Part shown: piece by piece, positions 1 through 14,210 of the stretch
How positions within the stretch are numbered: the stretch's first letter is position 1
Layout of the letters: each line of letters opens with the position of its first letter
From: Laetmonice hystrix
Taxonomy: Eukaryota
Length of the DNA: 64,000 nt
Assembly (NCBI GenBank): GCA_965235115.1
Contig: OZ249439.1
Location: forward strand, 15,872,001-15,936,000
Direction: 5' to 3'
Notes under the pieces: model-generated
Told to the model about the DNA's origin: nothing
Databases searched by the model: none
The model's input: only the letters and a program-made list of their open reading frames with translations
Translations under genes and position numbers: made by a program

Positions 1-618
1 CGACATGTCGAGAGGAGGAGAGGTGTACATTAGGGATATATATGAAATCATTTTTCTAACACTAGATTCACATGTCTGTCACGAGGTTCCCGTTCTGCTA
101 CTGACATTTTTCATGCAGATTTTCAGTTTTTACGATTGGTCAAAATGCCAGGTTCTGTAAACAGTATACCTTATATATAATGATAGTATAAGGATATCCA
201 ACTTTCAACCGTTCCAGGCGGATGTATTTTGTTTGTGACGTACACAAGGATTGATATTGAATCCAGTTAAGTCAATGACTGTGACTCGCTGGACCTAGAA
301 GATGGATGATCAGGATTTATGGTTCTTCTGGGGTTTAAAAAACTAGCTGTCCGTGTTTGTCAGTTGATCGGAACGTTGTTTGAAACCTGTCATCTTTATT
401 ATGATAAAGATTTCCAGTTTGATGCATGGCTACCTGCCCAGTTAGCCGGTTATATTTAAAGAGGCTAAGAGATGTACATGTAGTTGCCATGATGACTGAT
501 GCAGCACTATTGATTCATACCATGCAGACAATAGGAGATTAATAGGAACGCCAAACAAATGCTGCGTCTGAGACGATATGCAGACAACGATATGAATGAG
601 GAGTCTGCCTGCTGCATC

Positions 619-1044
619 ACACCATAAAACAACTCCCAATGTTGTCACCATCATGTACACCTGTACAGTGATGTATCAGTGTACACCATAAAACAACTCC
701 CAATGTTGTCATCATCATGTACACCTGTACAGTGATGTACATAAAACAACTCCCAATGTTGTCATCATCATGTACACCTGTACAGTGATGTATCAGTGTA
801 CACCATAAAACAACTCCCAATGTTGTCACCGTCATGTACACCTGTACAGTGATGTATCAGTGTACACCATAAAACAACTCCCAATGTTGTCACCGTCATG
901 TACACCTGTACAGTGATGTATCAGTGTACACCATAAAACAACTCCCAATGTTGTCACCGTCATGTACACCTGTACAGTGATGTATCGGTGTACACAATGT
1001 TGTCACCATCATGTACACCTGTACAGTGATGTATCAGTGTACAC
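619..1044. repeat. Minisatellite, 64-bp unit, about 7 copies (two internally deleted)
   Basis: Unit gtacaccataaaacaactcccaatgttgtca(c/t)c(a/g)tcatgtacacctgtacagtgatgtatcagt; ataaaa recurs at 805, 869 and 933. Confidence 0.95.
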
Positions 1045-1399
1045 GTTTTCTGATTGAAGGTCTTGGACCTAGACTTTTCTCGACGGATCGTGAGCAAAGA
1101 AACGCTGCACCTTCAGAAAGATAAAAACAAGAAATGTGTGAACGGAGAGGCTGAAGACAGCACCAGTGTAGGGGGGAGTATACAAACATACAGCAAAGTC
1201 AAAAAGTCAATGGAAGAGGCTGATGGGAAAGATATACGACGTGCGTGTGGGCCGGGCAGGACCTCTTCATAATTCCTTGATCAATATCAGGTTCGGATTT
1301 GACGATAGAGGATCCGCTTGTAAATTTATGAGCTACAAATGTCTTTTTTAACGCGATCTCTTGATATTTAAATTTGCTGCGGTGAAGCTGGCTGAAAGA

Positions 1400-2120
1400 G
1401 GCAACACACACAAAAAATGGTAGAGTTGTGTTGTGAGGTAAATGAAAAATGGGGATGGAAGTAATGGTCCTTTACGCTCTGTGACCATAGAATGTGAGGA
1501 ACATGTGTGTCCCATGTTAGTGTTACCAAATTAAGTGTGGACATGGCGAGTGGAATGAACAAGTTTTATTTATCTGCACACATATATTAGATCTTTTTCG
1601 TCGGTATTGAATTGCTGTTGAAAGGTTTATTGGTTTGGGAGTGGCCATGTGGTGTGGGGCTGTGGGAGGTAGGGCGGGCCTGGTCAGTGTTGACAGTAGG
1701 GGCTGGCAAGGTGGCAGCCACCCGCCAAGCAAACTCAACATCACCTTCCCGACTGCATGGGGCAAGAGCCACACCCCTCAAACATCCCGCCTGGGTCGGC
1801 GGTCTCAGAGCCCTCACAAACCACAATCCACAACGTCCCTTTCCCATGAAAAAAAAGAGTAGAAAAAGAAATGTGAACATAAATTACGTAAATCCCCCCT
1901 TAGTACTAAACGTTGAGTGCTATATTGATAAGGCAAGCCTGGGGATAGTACACAGGAGTTGAGGATACTCTTGAGCTCTGACCTGATTGTGATTGTGATC
2001 CAAGCTCCATCATTGATCAGCCTGCACGGATCTCTTGACAAGCACTGATAGATTCCCGACCCAAATCTGTACACAATGCAAGCCAGGAAGCCGGCGATAA
2101 ACTGCCGACCGGTGACTACA
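1400..2120 (-). mobile_element. Highly decayed non-LTR retrotransposon APE-endonuclease remnant
   Basis: Motifs occur in the expected order but in broken frames: LPGLHCV..GNLSVLVKRS (like GGVAILVK), ITIRS..SCVLSPG (like CVYRPP), LVLRGDL (like GDFN), STLNLVTLT..KDHY (like TLDL..SDH). Recognised by eye only. Confidence 0.4.
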
Positions 2121-2548
2121 CTTACCGCTGACTATATTTACTGACTAGGTTGTGTCACCTTGCCGGGAACAGAGAGGGAGAGATGGGCTGGATACGAACA
2201 TCGTTACTGTCGTGGACAGCGGAGTAGAGAGGCGGGGAGAGAGCTCCTCAAACTGTGTGATAGATAAATATATTCCAGAGGCTGGTACCGTTAGAGAGGT
2301 ACACTCAAGGGTTCAACTGAAGAGAAGCTGAGAGAGGCTGGCGAGATTGTAGGTGGAAACTGACAGGTTTAACGGTGAGATTACAATTTGCCGGATGATA
2401 TAAGAAGCATTTCGAAGCAGTGCAAGCCTCTCTAGAGGATTAAGCCTTAAGACATCGGCAGCAGCTGTTGGGATTAGGGGATATTTTAATATTTTTTAAG
2501 TTATAAGCAGCAGGTTACAGTCACGACAGGTGTTGGTTTCCTCACGTA

Positions 2549-3036
2549 GATTCTCTTACCTACAATCATTGTCAGCGGCAGTGGCTGTACTTCTAAACTC
2601 AATGTTCATTAAACTTCAACAGGAGACGAAGATTCTCTTACCTACAATCATTGTCAGCGGCAGTGGCTGTACTTCTAAACTCAATGTTCATTAAACTTCA
2701 ACAGGACACGAAGATTCTCTTACCTACATTCATTGTCAGCGGCAGTGGCTGTACTTCTGAACTCAATGTTCATTAAACTTCAACAGGACACGAAGATTCT
2801 CTTACCTACATTCATTGTCAGCGGCAGTGGCTGTACTTCTAAACTCAATGTTCATTAAACTTCAACAGGACACGAAGATTCTCTTACCTACATTCATTGT
2901 CAGCGGCAGTGGCTGTACTTCTAAACTCAATGTTCATTAAACTTCAACAGGACACGAAGATTCTCTTACCTACATTCATTGTCAGCGGCAGTGGCTGTAC
3001 TTCTAAACTCAATGTTCATTTAATCTTCAACAGGAA
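2549..3036. repeat. Minisatellite, 82-bp unit, 6 copies
   Basis: gattctcttacctac...caacaggacacgaa starts at 2549, 2631, 2713, 2795, 2877 and 2959. Confidence 0.95.
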
Positions 3037-5689
3037 CACTTAATATATGAAGTTGCCGACCTTATCACTGCATGGACCTATGTTTTTATGATTAGTTATG
3101 CTTGCCTTGATAAAGACAATTGCTTTGAAGTACTAAATGAAGATCGCAGTAATCCTAGTAATAATATCTGTCAGCACGTTGCTAATCAAGTACATGGTCT
3201 GAGGAAATTCTGTCAGCATAGCAAAGAATAAGGGGTTGAGTGATTAGGTAACTGACACTGGCCAGATGTTTCAGATACCACCATGATTCATGCAAGGTGA
3301 CGGGTCCCAACGAGTACAGCGGAGGTAGTCCTGTATTTGACAATAGAAGAAATGTAAATGATCCCCGAACCACACACATTTCTTTAGGGGTAGTGGTAGC
3401 TCAAACCACATATCATGATTTTTATCATGAATTATTTATCTGAACGGACAATGGTAAATGGGCTGTATGGAGTGGCATCTATTGTCTAACAGTACTATGG
3501 TGATGTGTAAGGTTGAGATACGACAGAAAGCAGAGGAGCGAGCAGGTGTGTTAGGATAGAGTAGGGACCACATGCCTGGCCTATGTCAGAGTGAGCCGTC
3601 TCACCAACCGTGCGAACACCTCCAGCTGTATCCTAACCTAGGCGTCCTCCTGCCCCCGTCCTCCTCCTCCTCAACGCCATCCCTACCCGAGTCCCGCTCA
3701 GGGAGCTACAGATATGCTTGATATTTTCAGGGCGAAAACGCCTGCATGTTCCTCAGGCCAAGATTATCCAACAGTTGGACTCGAGGTTGCCGTAGGCTAC
3801 TCGACTTGTCACGTGACTGTTCTATCAAATCGTGTGTGAAATCATGGATCAAGATGCCCTGATCTAGGGCAGATATATCCTTTTGAATTAATGCTTAACG
3901 CGACAGTAATTCCACACCAAATATCGATAAATTTATAATCGGTAAATATTGAATCCACTAAAGCCGAAAAGCAGCCAGAAATGTCGCCCGCGTGAGCGAT
4001 TCTAAGACATTTGAACCGATGAACTCCTATAAGTCTGCTAGTCACATGGAAATACATCACCAGGCAATATTGAAGGGTGTGAAGAATTCAGAATATCACA
4101 GAAAATCGCTAAGAAACTGCCTGAAGCCACCATTCGCCAAGGAAATATTGAGATATCTTTATAAGATAATACCCCAGGTGTTAGTTTATATTGATATAGC
4201 ACTGATGCTCTTCTCCCATGATGTGTGCCTCCGACACTGGCTTATTACACATCAAAATCTGAGCGATCCTTGTATTTGACTGCCCTCTCCCGCATCCTTA
4301 CTTTGGTAGACTGGAGGCAGAACTAGGGAGACACCGGACGATCGTGATGCGGCCAGGTTGCAGCCAGTGTGATATGCGTACATACTTGTGTTGCAGCACG
4401 GGAGAGAGAACACATGGCACCATTTCTAAACACATCTTGCTGTCAGTAAAAGATTATGCTGCAATCGATGCTGTTGGCTTATGTATTAGTTGCTATAAGG
4501 GCTGTCCCATCAAGATCTGCAAGGTTCTTCCCATGAAGAGGAACAGTTCTCTGGCAGGTGACCTCCCGCGGGCAAAAGTAACAGAAAAGTCGTTCATCCA
4601 ATTTTACTAATCTGGCGGAGGCTCTGAAAAGGTATGTAAGACAAGGTTAGCCTTCAAAGCCATTTCAGACGAGCATTGATGTTGTTCCCCTGAGAACATT
4701 AGCAGGGTTGTAGGATGACACTTGAGACCCGGCCGGTTGCCAACAGACAAGTGTATCCGGGGTTACATGGAGACAGAGACCCTCCCGACCCACAGTGTGG
4801 CCGGCCCTGACATATTGCGTGACTCCCGGCATGGGCTCCCATGTTGCCTTCTGTTTCTGGCCAGTGTCAGCTTAACTAGTGGACTTAACATTTCTCTTGC
4901 TATCCCTGGCGGTACACTGACACAGCATGGACCGCCTGATAAAAACGACATGGCTCCCATAGGCGGTACAGCCTTTTGGTGGTGGAGTTTGGTGGAGATT
5001 GCTGGTAGAGTTTTGCCAAAGAAATGAATCAATACTGGGATTCTCAGGCTTCGTGTTTCCATGAGTGTGAATCGTTCAAGGGGCTTTGATGATAAACCCT
5101 TCTCGGCCTTCAAAGGTCCGAATGAAATTTCTGAAAACGTTGGGAAGAGATCCGTGTACGTTATACTAAACATGATTTTATATAGTAAGGTTCAGGAGTA
5201 ATAGCCGAGTCTTTCATTTTATTAATAAATGCTATCATCAAAGAAAAAGTTAAGAAAAGAAAATGTAACAATAGACTGGAAATTTTAGTGATTCCCTGAT
5301 TCCTATCTGACAACAGTCGATCCGCCAATCGCCCACTGCCTTCTCTTGGCTCAGCAGGTGTGGTCAGTATGGTGCAGGCAGTCTATAGTTCACAGTCCTT
5401 TCGTTTTGTCATTGATTCAGTTGTAAGTTGACAGATCAGAGGCGACCTTCCATGCAGCCTGGCGTCCACAATGACTGTGTGAATGCTGACCTTTGTCTCG
5501 AGCACAGCTGATCCGTTAGAAGCTCCATACTGGACCGACCCAGACCAGGCCACCCGTCTGACCGCCGCTAATCAATGAGGTGACGGCTGGCTGAGCGTGA
5601 GAGTACGTGCCGGGGCGGCCAGGCCTTGTCAGATTAGGACAACCTGATCGTGAACTCTATCATCTGAACAAGGTTATCATTCAGACCCA

Positions 5690-5880
5690 TTAAATGCTTC
5701 CATGCACTTGCCAATATCCGTTTCTGAAGTCAAACTTAACAGGGGATCGCTCCAGTGGTATATTGGACTGGAGGCAGTCGGATTGGTACCCTGATAGCAA
5801 AACCTCGCCCTTGCCTTTGACCACATTCATTTGGCGCCAGCTCAGGATGTCGCCCACCTCCGAGCTGTGTTCAGTGGTTG
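5690..5880 (-). mobile_element. Gypsy-type LTR retrotransposon reverse-transcriptase fragment
   Basis: Minus-frame VVKGKG...PLERSPVKFDFRNGYWQV resembles the Ty3/Gypsy RT motif (F)SxLDLRSGYWQV. Short and degenerate. Confidence 0.5.
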
Positions 5881-6040
5881 TAATGTAGATTGGGGCGGAT
5901 GTCCTACTATGGCGGCAGGCAAAGAGGGCAAGAAAGCTCTCAGTGCCAGCGGTTAGCCGTGGTTGGCATAGCACAAAGTTCGGCTGCGCTAATCTATCAT
6001 GTGGCAGCCAGCTGCCCTTTGGGACACGTCTGAGAGACTG

Positions 6041-6974
6041 TCCGAGGTGACCACATCATGTGAATGACGGCCCAGTGTCCGAGGTGTGTTACTGTGTGGA
6101 TCGTCTGTGTTCCTGAGGCGTGCATCCATCAACTCCTCCCACAACAACAACATGGTCTCACAGACACACCCCGTCCAGTGGCGTCCATGTAACCGTCCGA
6201 GGTGACCACATCATGTAAATGACGGCCCAGTGTCCGAGGTGTGTTACTGTGTGGATCGTCTGTGTTCCTGAGGCGTGCATCCAACAACTCCTGCCACAAC
6301 AACAACAACAACAACAACAACATGGTCTCACAGACACACCCCGTCCAGTGGCGTCCATGTAACCGTCCGAGGTGACCACATCATGTGAATGACGGCCCAG
6401 TGTCCGAGGTGTGTTACTGTGTGGATCGTCTGTGTTCCTGAGGCGTGCATCCATCAACTCCTGCCACAACAACAACAACAACAACAACATGGTCTCACAG
6501 ACACACCCCGTCCAGTGGCGTCCATGTAACCGTCCGAGGTGACCACATCATGTGAATGACGGCCCAGTGTCCGAGGTGTGTTACTGTGTGGATCGTCTGT
6601 GTTCCTGAGGCGTGCATCCATCAACTCCTGCCACCACAACAACATGGTCTCACAGACACACCCCGTCCAGTGGCGTCCATGTAACCGTCCGAGGTGACCA
6701 CATCATGTGAATGACGGCCCAGTGTCCGAGGTGTGTTACTGTGTGGATCGTCTAACAACAACAACAACAACAACAACATGGTCTCACAGACACACCCCGT
6801 CCAGTGGCGTCCATGTAACCGACCGAGGTGACCACATCATGTGAATGACGGCCCAGTGTCCGAGGTGTGTTACTGTGTGGATCGTCTGTGTTCCTGAGGC
6901 GTGCATCCATCAACTCCTGCCACAACAACAACATGGTCTCACAGACACACCCCGTCCAGTGGCGTCCATGTAAC
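6041..6974. repeat. Minisatellite, about 155-bp unit, 6 copies, with an embedded variable (CAA)n tract
   Basis: Unit starts (t/a)ccgaggtgacc at 6041, 6196, 6366, 6533, 6688 and 6822. Spacings of 155, 170, 167, 155 and 134 reflect CAA copy number plus one deletion. Confidence 0.95.
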
Positions 6975-7204
6975 AACCGAGCCTTGCCTGTCTTGTTGTA
7001 GAATGAAATGTGCCATCAATTTGTAATGAGACTCTGGAGAATGGCGCGTGTTCTCATTTCCCCCCTTGCAGCTCAGATCGGTGGATTATGTTTGAAAACC
7101 CCCTCAAATATCACCTGGCTGGTTTGATATCTGCCTTGAATGTTGTTGAATTTTCAATCAGTTTGATTGAAAGTTGAAAAGTTAAGCCCATTCATATACG
7201 ATCT

Positions 7205-7341
7205 GGGCCCGGTTCACAAACAAAGTCAGGTCAGTTTTAATTGACTTGAAGCGCTTGAAGTCAATTTTACTTGAATATGATTGGTTAAAATGGATTTCAA
7301 GTTAATTAAAATTGACTTGACGTTGTTTCTAAACCGGGCCC
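7205..7341. mobile_element. Short MITE with GGGCCCGGTT...AACCGGGCCC TIRs (PIF/Harbinger-like, CWG target)
   Basis: 10-bp TIRs and an internal fold-back. A diverged reverse-complement copy lies at 31694-31820. Confidence 0.75.
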
Positions 7342-10300
7342 ATCAGAAGACAGTCTTGAACAAAGCAGCAGGTGAAATATTCCGTCTTACGGCACTGATA
7401 TGATAGTGAAGTACTACTTGCAAATGCCTGTTTGTTGTATGTTGTTCCGTTTGTTTGTATACGTTACCTGAATGAATAACGTTTCTCTGACGTACACATG
7501 ATAGTATAGAAACTTGTTTTAGTGGGGATCACAGCGAACTTTTGTTTTCAACCTGAGTCTAGCTTATTATAGAGTACTGGCCCAAATTATCGTAAGATTA
7601 ATTGTTTTTCTCCGAACTCTATTGAAAGGTTTCAGTTTATTGATTTCATACCTGGATGGAATTCTGTCATTGAGAGCGAGTAAACTGCTTGTAATAATTA
7701 CTTTCGGTTATCAATGTCCTCTTTCAGTACCTGTTGAATCCATGAAAAGTCCTACAAATTTAGCGTACATGGACTAAAACGGTTTATTCCCCTTGGACTT
7801 GGATGGCATCAAGCGCGCCCCGTCCATGAAGGAGCTGTTTGGTGTGAGGTGATGGCGTCGTGATGTCGGCAGAGACTGGGCCGACTCCACAGCCACAGGA
7901 GGGAGCAGAGAGGGGGCAGGGGGTTCTGTTAGTGATGTATGGCAGCCATCAGAGCCGTCGTCTGGTTCCATCAGCAGTCGCCCATCTCCGCCTTGGTGGT
8001 AGCCGTCTTGGTGGCCCCAGCCCCAGATCCCAGCCTGTCTCTGACTGCGCCGTCAGTAGTCGGGACAGGCGGCTGTAGGCCTCCGTGCCAACACCATCCA
8101 TGCTTTCTTTCAGTGGCAATCAACGACAAAACCAAGCCCTCTGCCCTGTGTCATAGTAGGTCTTCCTTAGCCTTCCCGACCGGAGATTCCCCATGCACCA
8201 CCTTTGAAGTGCGGATTACAGGGAGATTATCCGTCTTTACTAGGTTACTGGGACATAACATGTCATTCAAGAACTCTGTGGCTAGTTTGACATCCGTACT
8301 TAGGAACATCTTACGCTATAGATTGTGTTTGGTGGTAGGACCCAGCTCGTAACCCCCACTCAGTTCATCGCCCCGGTCTGCCTGTGTATCCCTGTATTAG
8401 GAGGGACAGGAAGAATTATGGGGCGAGAGCAGATCATTTTTGTTATTACCTTGCCTGGAATACAGATCAGTGTGGACCAGATTTCTGGCCTGCTTGAGGC
8501 CGAGACCGGCATGATGTGCATGATGAGCGTCGTCTTGGGGCCATTGGTAGAATACTAATTACACCAATTATATATAATTGGGTCTCTGAAGACTTCTCAC
8601 CATGTCTAACCTAATAGACACAATGATTGCAATCAGGTAATTGAAGCTATAAGTGGATTTTTCTCCCTTTGCTGGGTGTTGTCGGGCCGTGTATGTAGTC
8701 ATCCACGTTGCAGACCGTTTTACATTATATTAATATGATCAATGCCTAATGGCAGGATCAAACACCAGTTTCTGATAGAAGCCTGTTCATATGTCATGGA
8801 AGTGTAAATGTTAGTCCAAGGTCTTCCGTTAGCAGAAGCTACGCAACACAATTCGGCCTTTTTCACATGAAACGGAAAGTTTGGTCTGTGATACCTCAGT
8901 GGGAATGACATTTTAAATCGCACAATCTAGTTTATGAGAATTTAAAATTCGTTCATCCCCTTTATTGCAGCTGTCTGTAATCTCCTTGTACCTGTGCCGT
9001 GATTCGTCCACGGAAATTGGGCATTTCGGCCCCACGTGCGCTGAACACCACAGTTCACAACCAGATACCAGGTCCGAGCTGTGAGTAGTATATGGAAATG
9101 GTACATTATCACAGGCACTGTAGCTGAAATTCACGGACCCAGCTCAGCGGGTTTTATAGTGTGAAACATCCTTTTTACAGTTGGCAGTGCCCCTCCGTAT
9201 AGGATCTCACACAGCCAGACTTTCGAAACGGCAATCATTCGTGCTGATTTACTGGGATTTTGTGAGCTGTAAGCATAAGGCCTTTATCAGTTTGTGCAGT
9301 ACCTCCTTACTCAACAGCTTGCCTCCCTCGGCAAGGTAAGCCGAGTCCTTTCTATTGAGGAGCACAAAAGGGTCAGAAGTAGACCATGTCCTGTGTGGCA
9401 TCACCAGCAATTTCACAGAAATGGACCTGGAATTGTTGGCTGTGAAGCTAAATGGAATATTTCCTCGCTATTTATTGGTCGCTCTGCTCCCCTGCTGTGC
9501 GTGCGGCTCCCCGGTAAGTTATTTCGCCGATTCAATCTTGGCCAAGGAAGCCCGAGGTATGGAGGGGCGATAGGAGTCACAGTATGGCTCTTATAGGAAG
9601 TGCCTCCTTGTATACTGTGCCATTAGGAGAAAGAACCCTTTCATCAGAAATAAGGCAGACAGAGAAAGGTGTGTGGTCGTGATATTCTAGTTGGGTACGC
9701 AGCTGTTAAATGGATGCATCTCTTGGAATTGACAGGCAACAAACATTCTACCTGCTTAAGTAAACACACTTTCCATAATGCCCCACGAAACCAAAAGTTG
9801 TCCTGAAATTGATATTTTTTCACCCGGTGGTTGGGAATGTTTAGATGAGTGCGGACATGGTAGCCTACAGCTACTTACATCAGACTGGCTATAGCACACA
9901 GAGCTGTAGGATGGGACTGGTACTGCTGATGCCTTTTATGTGGCCCCAGCTGGGCGTAGGAAGGCATTGATATAGTTCTGATGAGCGTTCATTGTACTCG
10001 AATAGATGGGTAAGTAATGGTAGGAGGAAAGAGATGAGAGGGGTGGCGGCTGACTGACATGTCAGATATGAAGCTATGAATGTTTCATGTCCTGTTTGAA
10101 GTCCCTGGTGTTGATCCCTCTAGAGTCCCCACGCCCGCCTGGATACATGCCTTGGGTGGCAGATCCTAGGTACGGAAACTACCCGTTATATCGTAACACG
10201 GGCGACCTTCAGACTGTCCTGGTCAGAGGTGGGTGTCTGGAATCTACTGAGAGGTCTGCGGTGTAATCGTGTCTTTTCTCAGTGAAACATTTAAATAATT

Positions 10301-13300
10301 GCTAGTCCATAGTATGATACAGAAACAGTTAAATTAAGTTGATCAATTGGTTCATCAGCATGTACCTCGTCAAGACTGTATAAGTCCTGCTTCAAAATGA
10401 TCAATGTGAAACGGTACTGATGAACGGCGAGAGGTGACAGTGAATCACACCAGGGAAATAGATGTTGTCGAGGGTAGTCACCCCAGCAGATAATTACACA
10501 ACATTGCCTACATTACATCATGGCCTCGTGGAAACATCTAATCCATCAACTCTCTACTTTCAGACCCTCAAAGGTCCAATTCGATAAATCTGTCTGGAAG
10601 GGCAACTCTGTCGGAATGACCGACTGGGTCTGGTAGGGAGTCACTATAAGCGGTAGAGCAGTGGAGAATGAATGGGCTGATTGTCGGATTGCTCCTCGGT
10701 AGGGTTGAGATGACTTGTGTATTCTAAGGATGTTGTAGGACGCCATTGTTGGCGTTATCTTCAAACTCTTGTTTGTGACCTTTGAGTCATTACCGGGAGC
10801 AGAACTCTGTGTGCCCCGGAAGGCTGCTTAGGGCCAGAAAGTACATTGTATATCAAGGCGATATAGAAGCTCTACATCATGAAAAACAATTTACCATGAG
10901 GAATAGAGCAGGGGAGGTGATCTTAGGCTTCTTTTTATTTATTGTCATGATCACACTAGACAAGATTTGCTATAAATGTTGTTCGTCTATATTGCTATGT
11001 TGCTATATGTAGCACAAGGAATTTACCAAAGTTTCTGACCGTTAAAGACAATCGTGTTTGATTTCCGATAGGCAGAACATCACGACACAAACTAGCATAA
11101 TTTCGGTTCAACAGGTAGTCTTGTGGTATGAAAGGTGAGAGGTCGTTTCACGGTTTCCGGGCCTTGTGCTCTGGTATAATGTTGTCTGTCTCGAGTTACC
11201 ACTGAAGGCACTTAAGAACATAGTGAAATGTCACAGTCTAACCGCATGTATGACGTGTCATGTGAACTCACTTGTACATTGATCAATTGAATACATGAAA
11301 GCCACGTATATAATAAATAATATAGTCATCTGAACAGAGAAAGCCTTAATTCAGTCACACAGAAGCTATGCGAATCTATTTTAACATTTTACTGCTGAGA
11401 TGCCTTTTGACGTCACACGAGTATTAGAAGACGAAAGAATGTAATAGAGGGAAGAAAGTTCCTGAGACATTACAGTCAAAAAGTATTCTTTCATAGGTGC
11501 CTTGATTACAAGACTTTTCTAGAATTAATTATGAAGAGAAATACTAGCTTCAAAGACGGTTTAATATTCACATTACCATGAAGCAGTGTTCCAAAAATAA
11601 TGTCAGCCTATTAAACTTCTCTTTTCAGGTATTCCGTCTCACCATGTTATTGAGACTTATTTTCTTCTAATTCACATTAAAGGTATCCATTGTAACCCCA
11701 TTATTATAGAATATAATATTTTATGTGAACGAAATTCTGATGTGCCAAATAAGAGAGTGGAGACGGTTCTTTGACTGGATACGTGCCCCCGAGGCATGAG
11801 CCGTTCGGAGGAGGAGGTCTCTGACGCAATGTCGGCCTTCAAAGCGTCCATTAAATGCCCCATTCCTCCCGATGTAAGAACACAGGGTCGGTGCCCGAGG
11901 GTGCTGGCCTCGGCTCCGTCCGGAAGGCAACCTTCAATCTGAGCAGGTCGGAGCTGTCTCCAGATGGTTGGTCAGACACAGCTGTGAGTATAGGCTAGGG
12001 TTTGGAGAGGGGTGTCGGGAGCCGGGGGCTGGGTCGTCTACAGTAGGAGTCGGATGTCGTCCTGTCTCAGGGGCCCAGATGTGTGGTCATGCAGTTCGAC
12101 GTCCTTGGAGATGGTCTGTCACAACCTGATAGACAAACAGGAGAATGCTCTCCCCATCACACAGAACCTGTTGGCGTAATTAGGATGGGATGAATATTAA
12201 TAGTTTGATTTTATAATATATAGTTAGGTTAAAGAACGGGCACAATTAAGCTATCTTCATGAATACTGCGTTGCTCGGTATTGGTGGCCGTTCTTTCATC
12301 ACATTGTTGGATTCTGTTCGTTCAGCCTTGAGCATAACAATTTTAACGTTACGTTGTGAAATTAGATCTTCACCCATCTGCTTCCATGTGAGCACACAAC
12401 CCATGATTTAAAACATTGTATTAATTCCAACTTGTGGAAAAGTTGGCCGCCATGGGACGGCCGGGCCTGAGGTTGAACCCTGTGGAGGAGCCGTATTGTT
12501 GACAGACGCAGGTCTCAGTGAGCGGTAATCGGGGGAGTCTCCTACAATCTGATCACCCGCAGCTGATAACGACGTTTGCTGGAAACATCCAACACAATGA
12601 GATTTACTAGATCTGATTGCACCAAGGCAATCTAAAAAGGGAGGGTTTGACCATTGGTAATTTAAGCCTCTGTAAGAGGAGGGCCTAACAATGAGAGCTC
12701 GAGGCTTAAAAATCAAAGGCATGTAAAAAATTGGAACATGACAAATCAAAATCACCACGGTATTAATTTTGATGCAATTTGTTCCACTTTTCCCGAGGCA
12801 GTCCTTGTAATTTGAAAAGGAAACACTTACCCCGTCAACTAGGGACCTACTAATTTCAGGTTGTTCATTTGGCGGTATCTGTTCACCATCAAATCTGTGC
12901 GATGACATTACTTCAGCAGGTTGTGCTTGTAAATTAATTGAAGGGTCCCAGTAGCTTGAGGTCCTGTAGAAACGTGGTGTTCAGCTGATGTATTCCGGCA
13001 AACTGATGTTTGCTGACTACAGTATATACCACATTATAATTGATCGTGTGCTCTTCATGTAACTATATCTATTGTTAGACTCTGAAGTGGTACCGGTGGG
13101 AAGAGGAATATTTACTAAACTGCCTCCCTAAGCTGAAGAATCCTCTAACCCAGGTGTGGATGATATCCATGGTATCATGGGGATAAATCCACGGGTCTTA
13201 GCGTGCCATGAGGACTTTATGGAGGAGAACTGCCGGAGGGAACACCAGCGGCAGGATATCGACAGATGCGGGATAATTCTGGTCCTTTCGTTTCGCTATA

Positions 13301-14210
13301 CTATTATAAAGCTTACAGTTTCTTCTTCTATCCCTGTGTCTTGAGGCTATAATCAGTGTGTCTGCCGTTACTGAGACATGGGCGGGCCAGCGGTGATCAA
13401 ACATATACATGAAGTGAAAATGAATGCCAACCGTAGATTACAATGGATCTCGTGTTCTTACTGTCTGCTGATCATGTAAACCTGCGGGATATCAAAAGTA
13501 AAACTTCACTTGTCAAAACATGATCACATACCAAGGTTGATGGTTGCCACCCTGGGCGTACATAGAGCTGTTTTTTACTTGTTGTTAAACATGGATTAAT
13601 GACTCAGTGTAGTATATATCGCCTGGAGCAAAAGAAGGACAAAGGACTTATAGTGCATATACATTTTCCTTTGCTGATTTTCCAAGTGATTTAATGTAGC
13701 TCACTAAGTGCAGATATGACACCTTTATATTAAAGGCTAAACCGTATATTTGAACATGAATTATAAACTTGCAATGTACATGATAAACTCGAAGCGTCTG
13801 TACCATTCACTGAGATATCAGGAATTAAAGTAGGTAATTTCAAACGGGATACAGCCATGATTTAAAACGGAATGGTTTCGAATTTCGTTTGTTTATATAG
13901 CCTGAAGGAAACTCCAATCATCACATCCCGAGGACATAATGATGAGAAGTAATGTTGATGTAGCTAGAATGCAGTCATGGAATGTGATTTGGTAACCATA
14001 GTATTTTATCTTCAGTTTAGCCGAACGTCGTGAAGAGAATATAGGAATGACAAAGTATGAGGACCTGTTCTGCGTCATACTGGATGATCATAACAATTAT
14101 AGCCATGGCGACTTACATTCAACCCAACGTAAGTATTTGTAGTAGTGAAGCTCGTACTAACAGATCCGTCACCTGAAGGACGGCTCCTGTCAGATGTTGG
14201 ACATGTGGTT

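Noticed and set aside
6041-6974. CRISPR-like array (repeat units with variable segments)
   Set aside because: The variable part is only a CAA tract, with no unique spacers or cas genes, and the context is eukaryotic. The same applies to all other arrays.
9300-9335. 36-nt mini-exon YLLTQQLASLGK between cag| and |gtaagc
   Set aside because: Splice signals alone are common by chance, and no partner exons or homology were identified.
7800-12950. Further decayed LINE pieces (TTLDNIYF near 10470, LLFG near 11750)
   Set aside because: The motifs are isolated and too degenerate to delimit by eye; a RepeatMasker or HMM search is needed.
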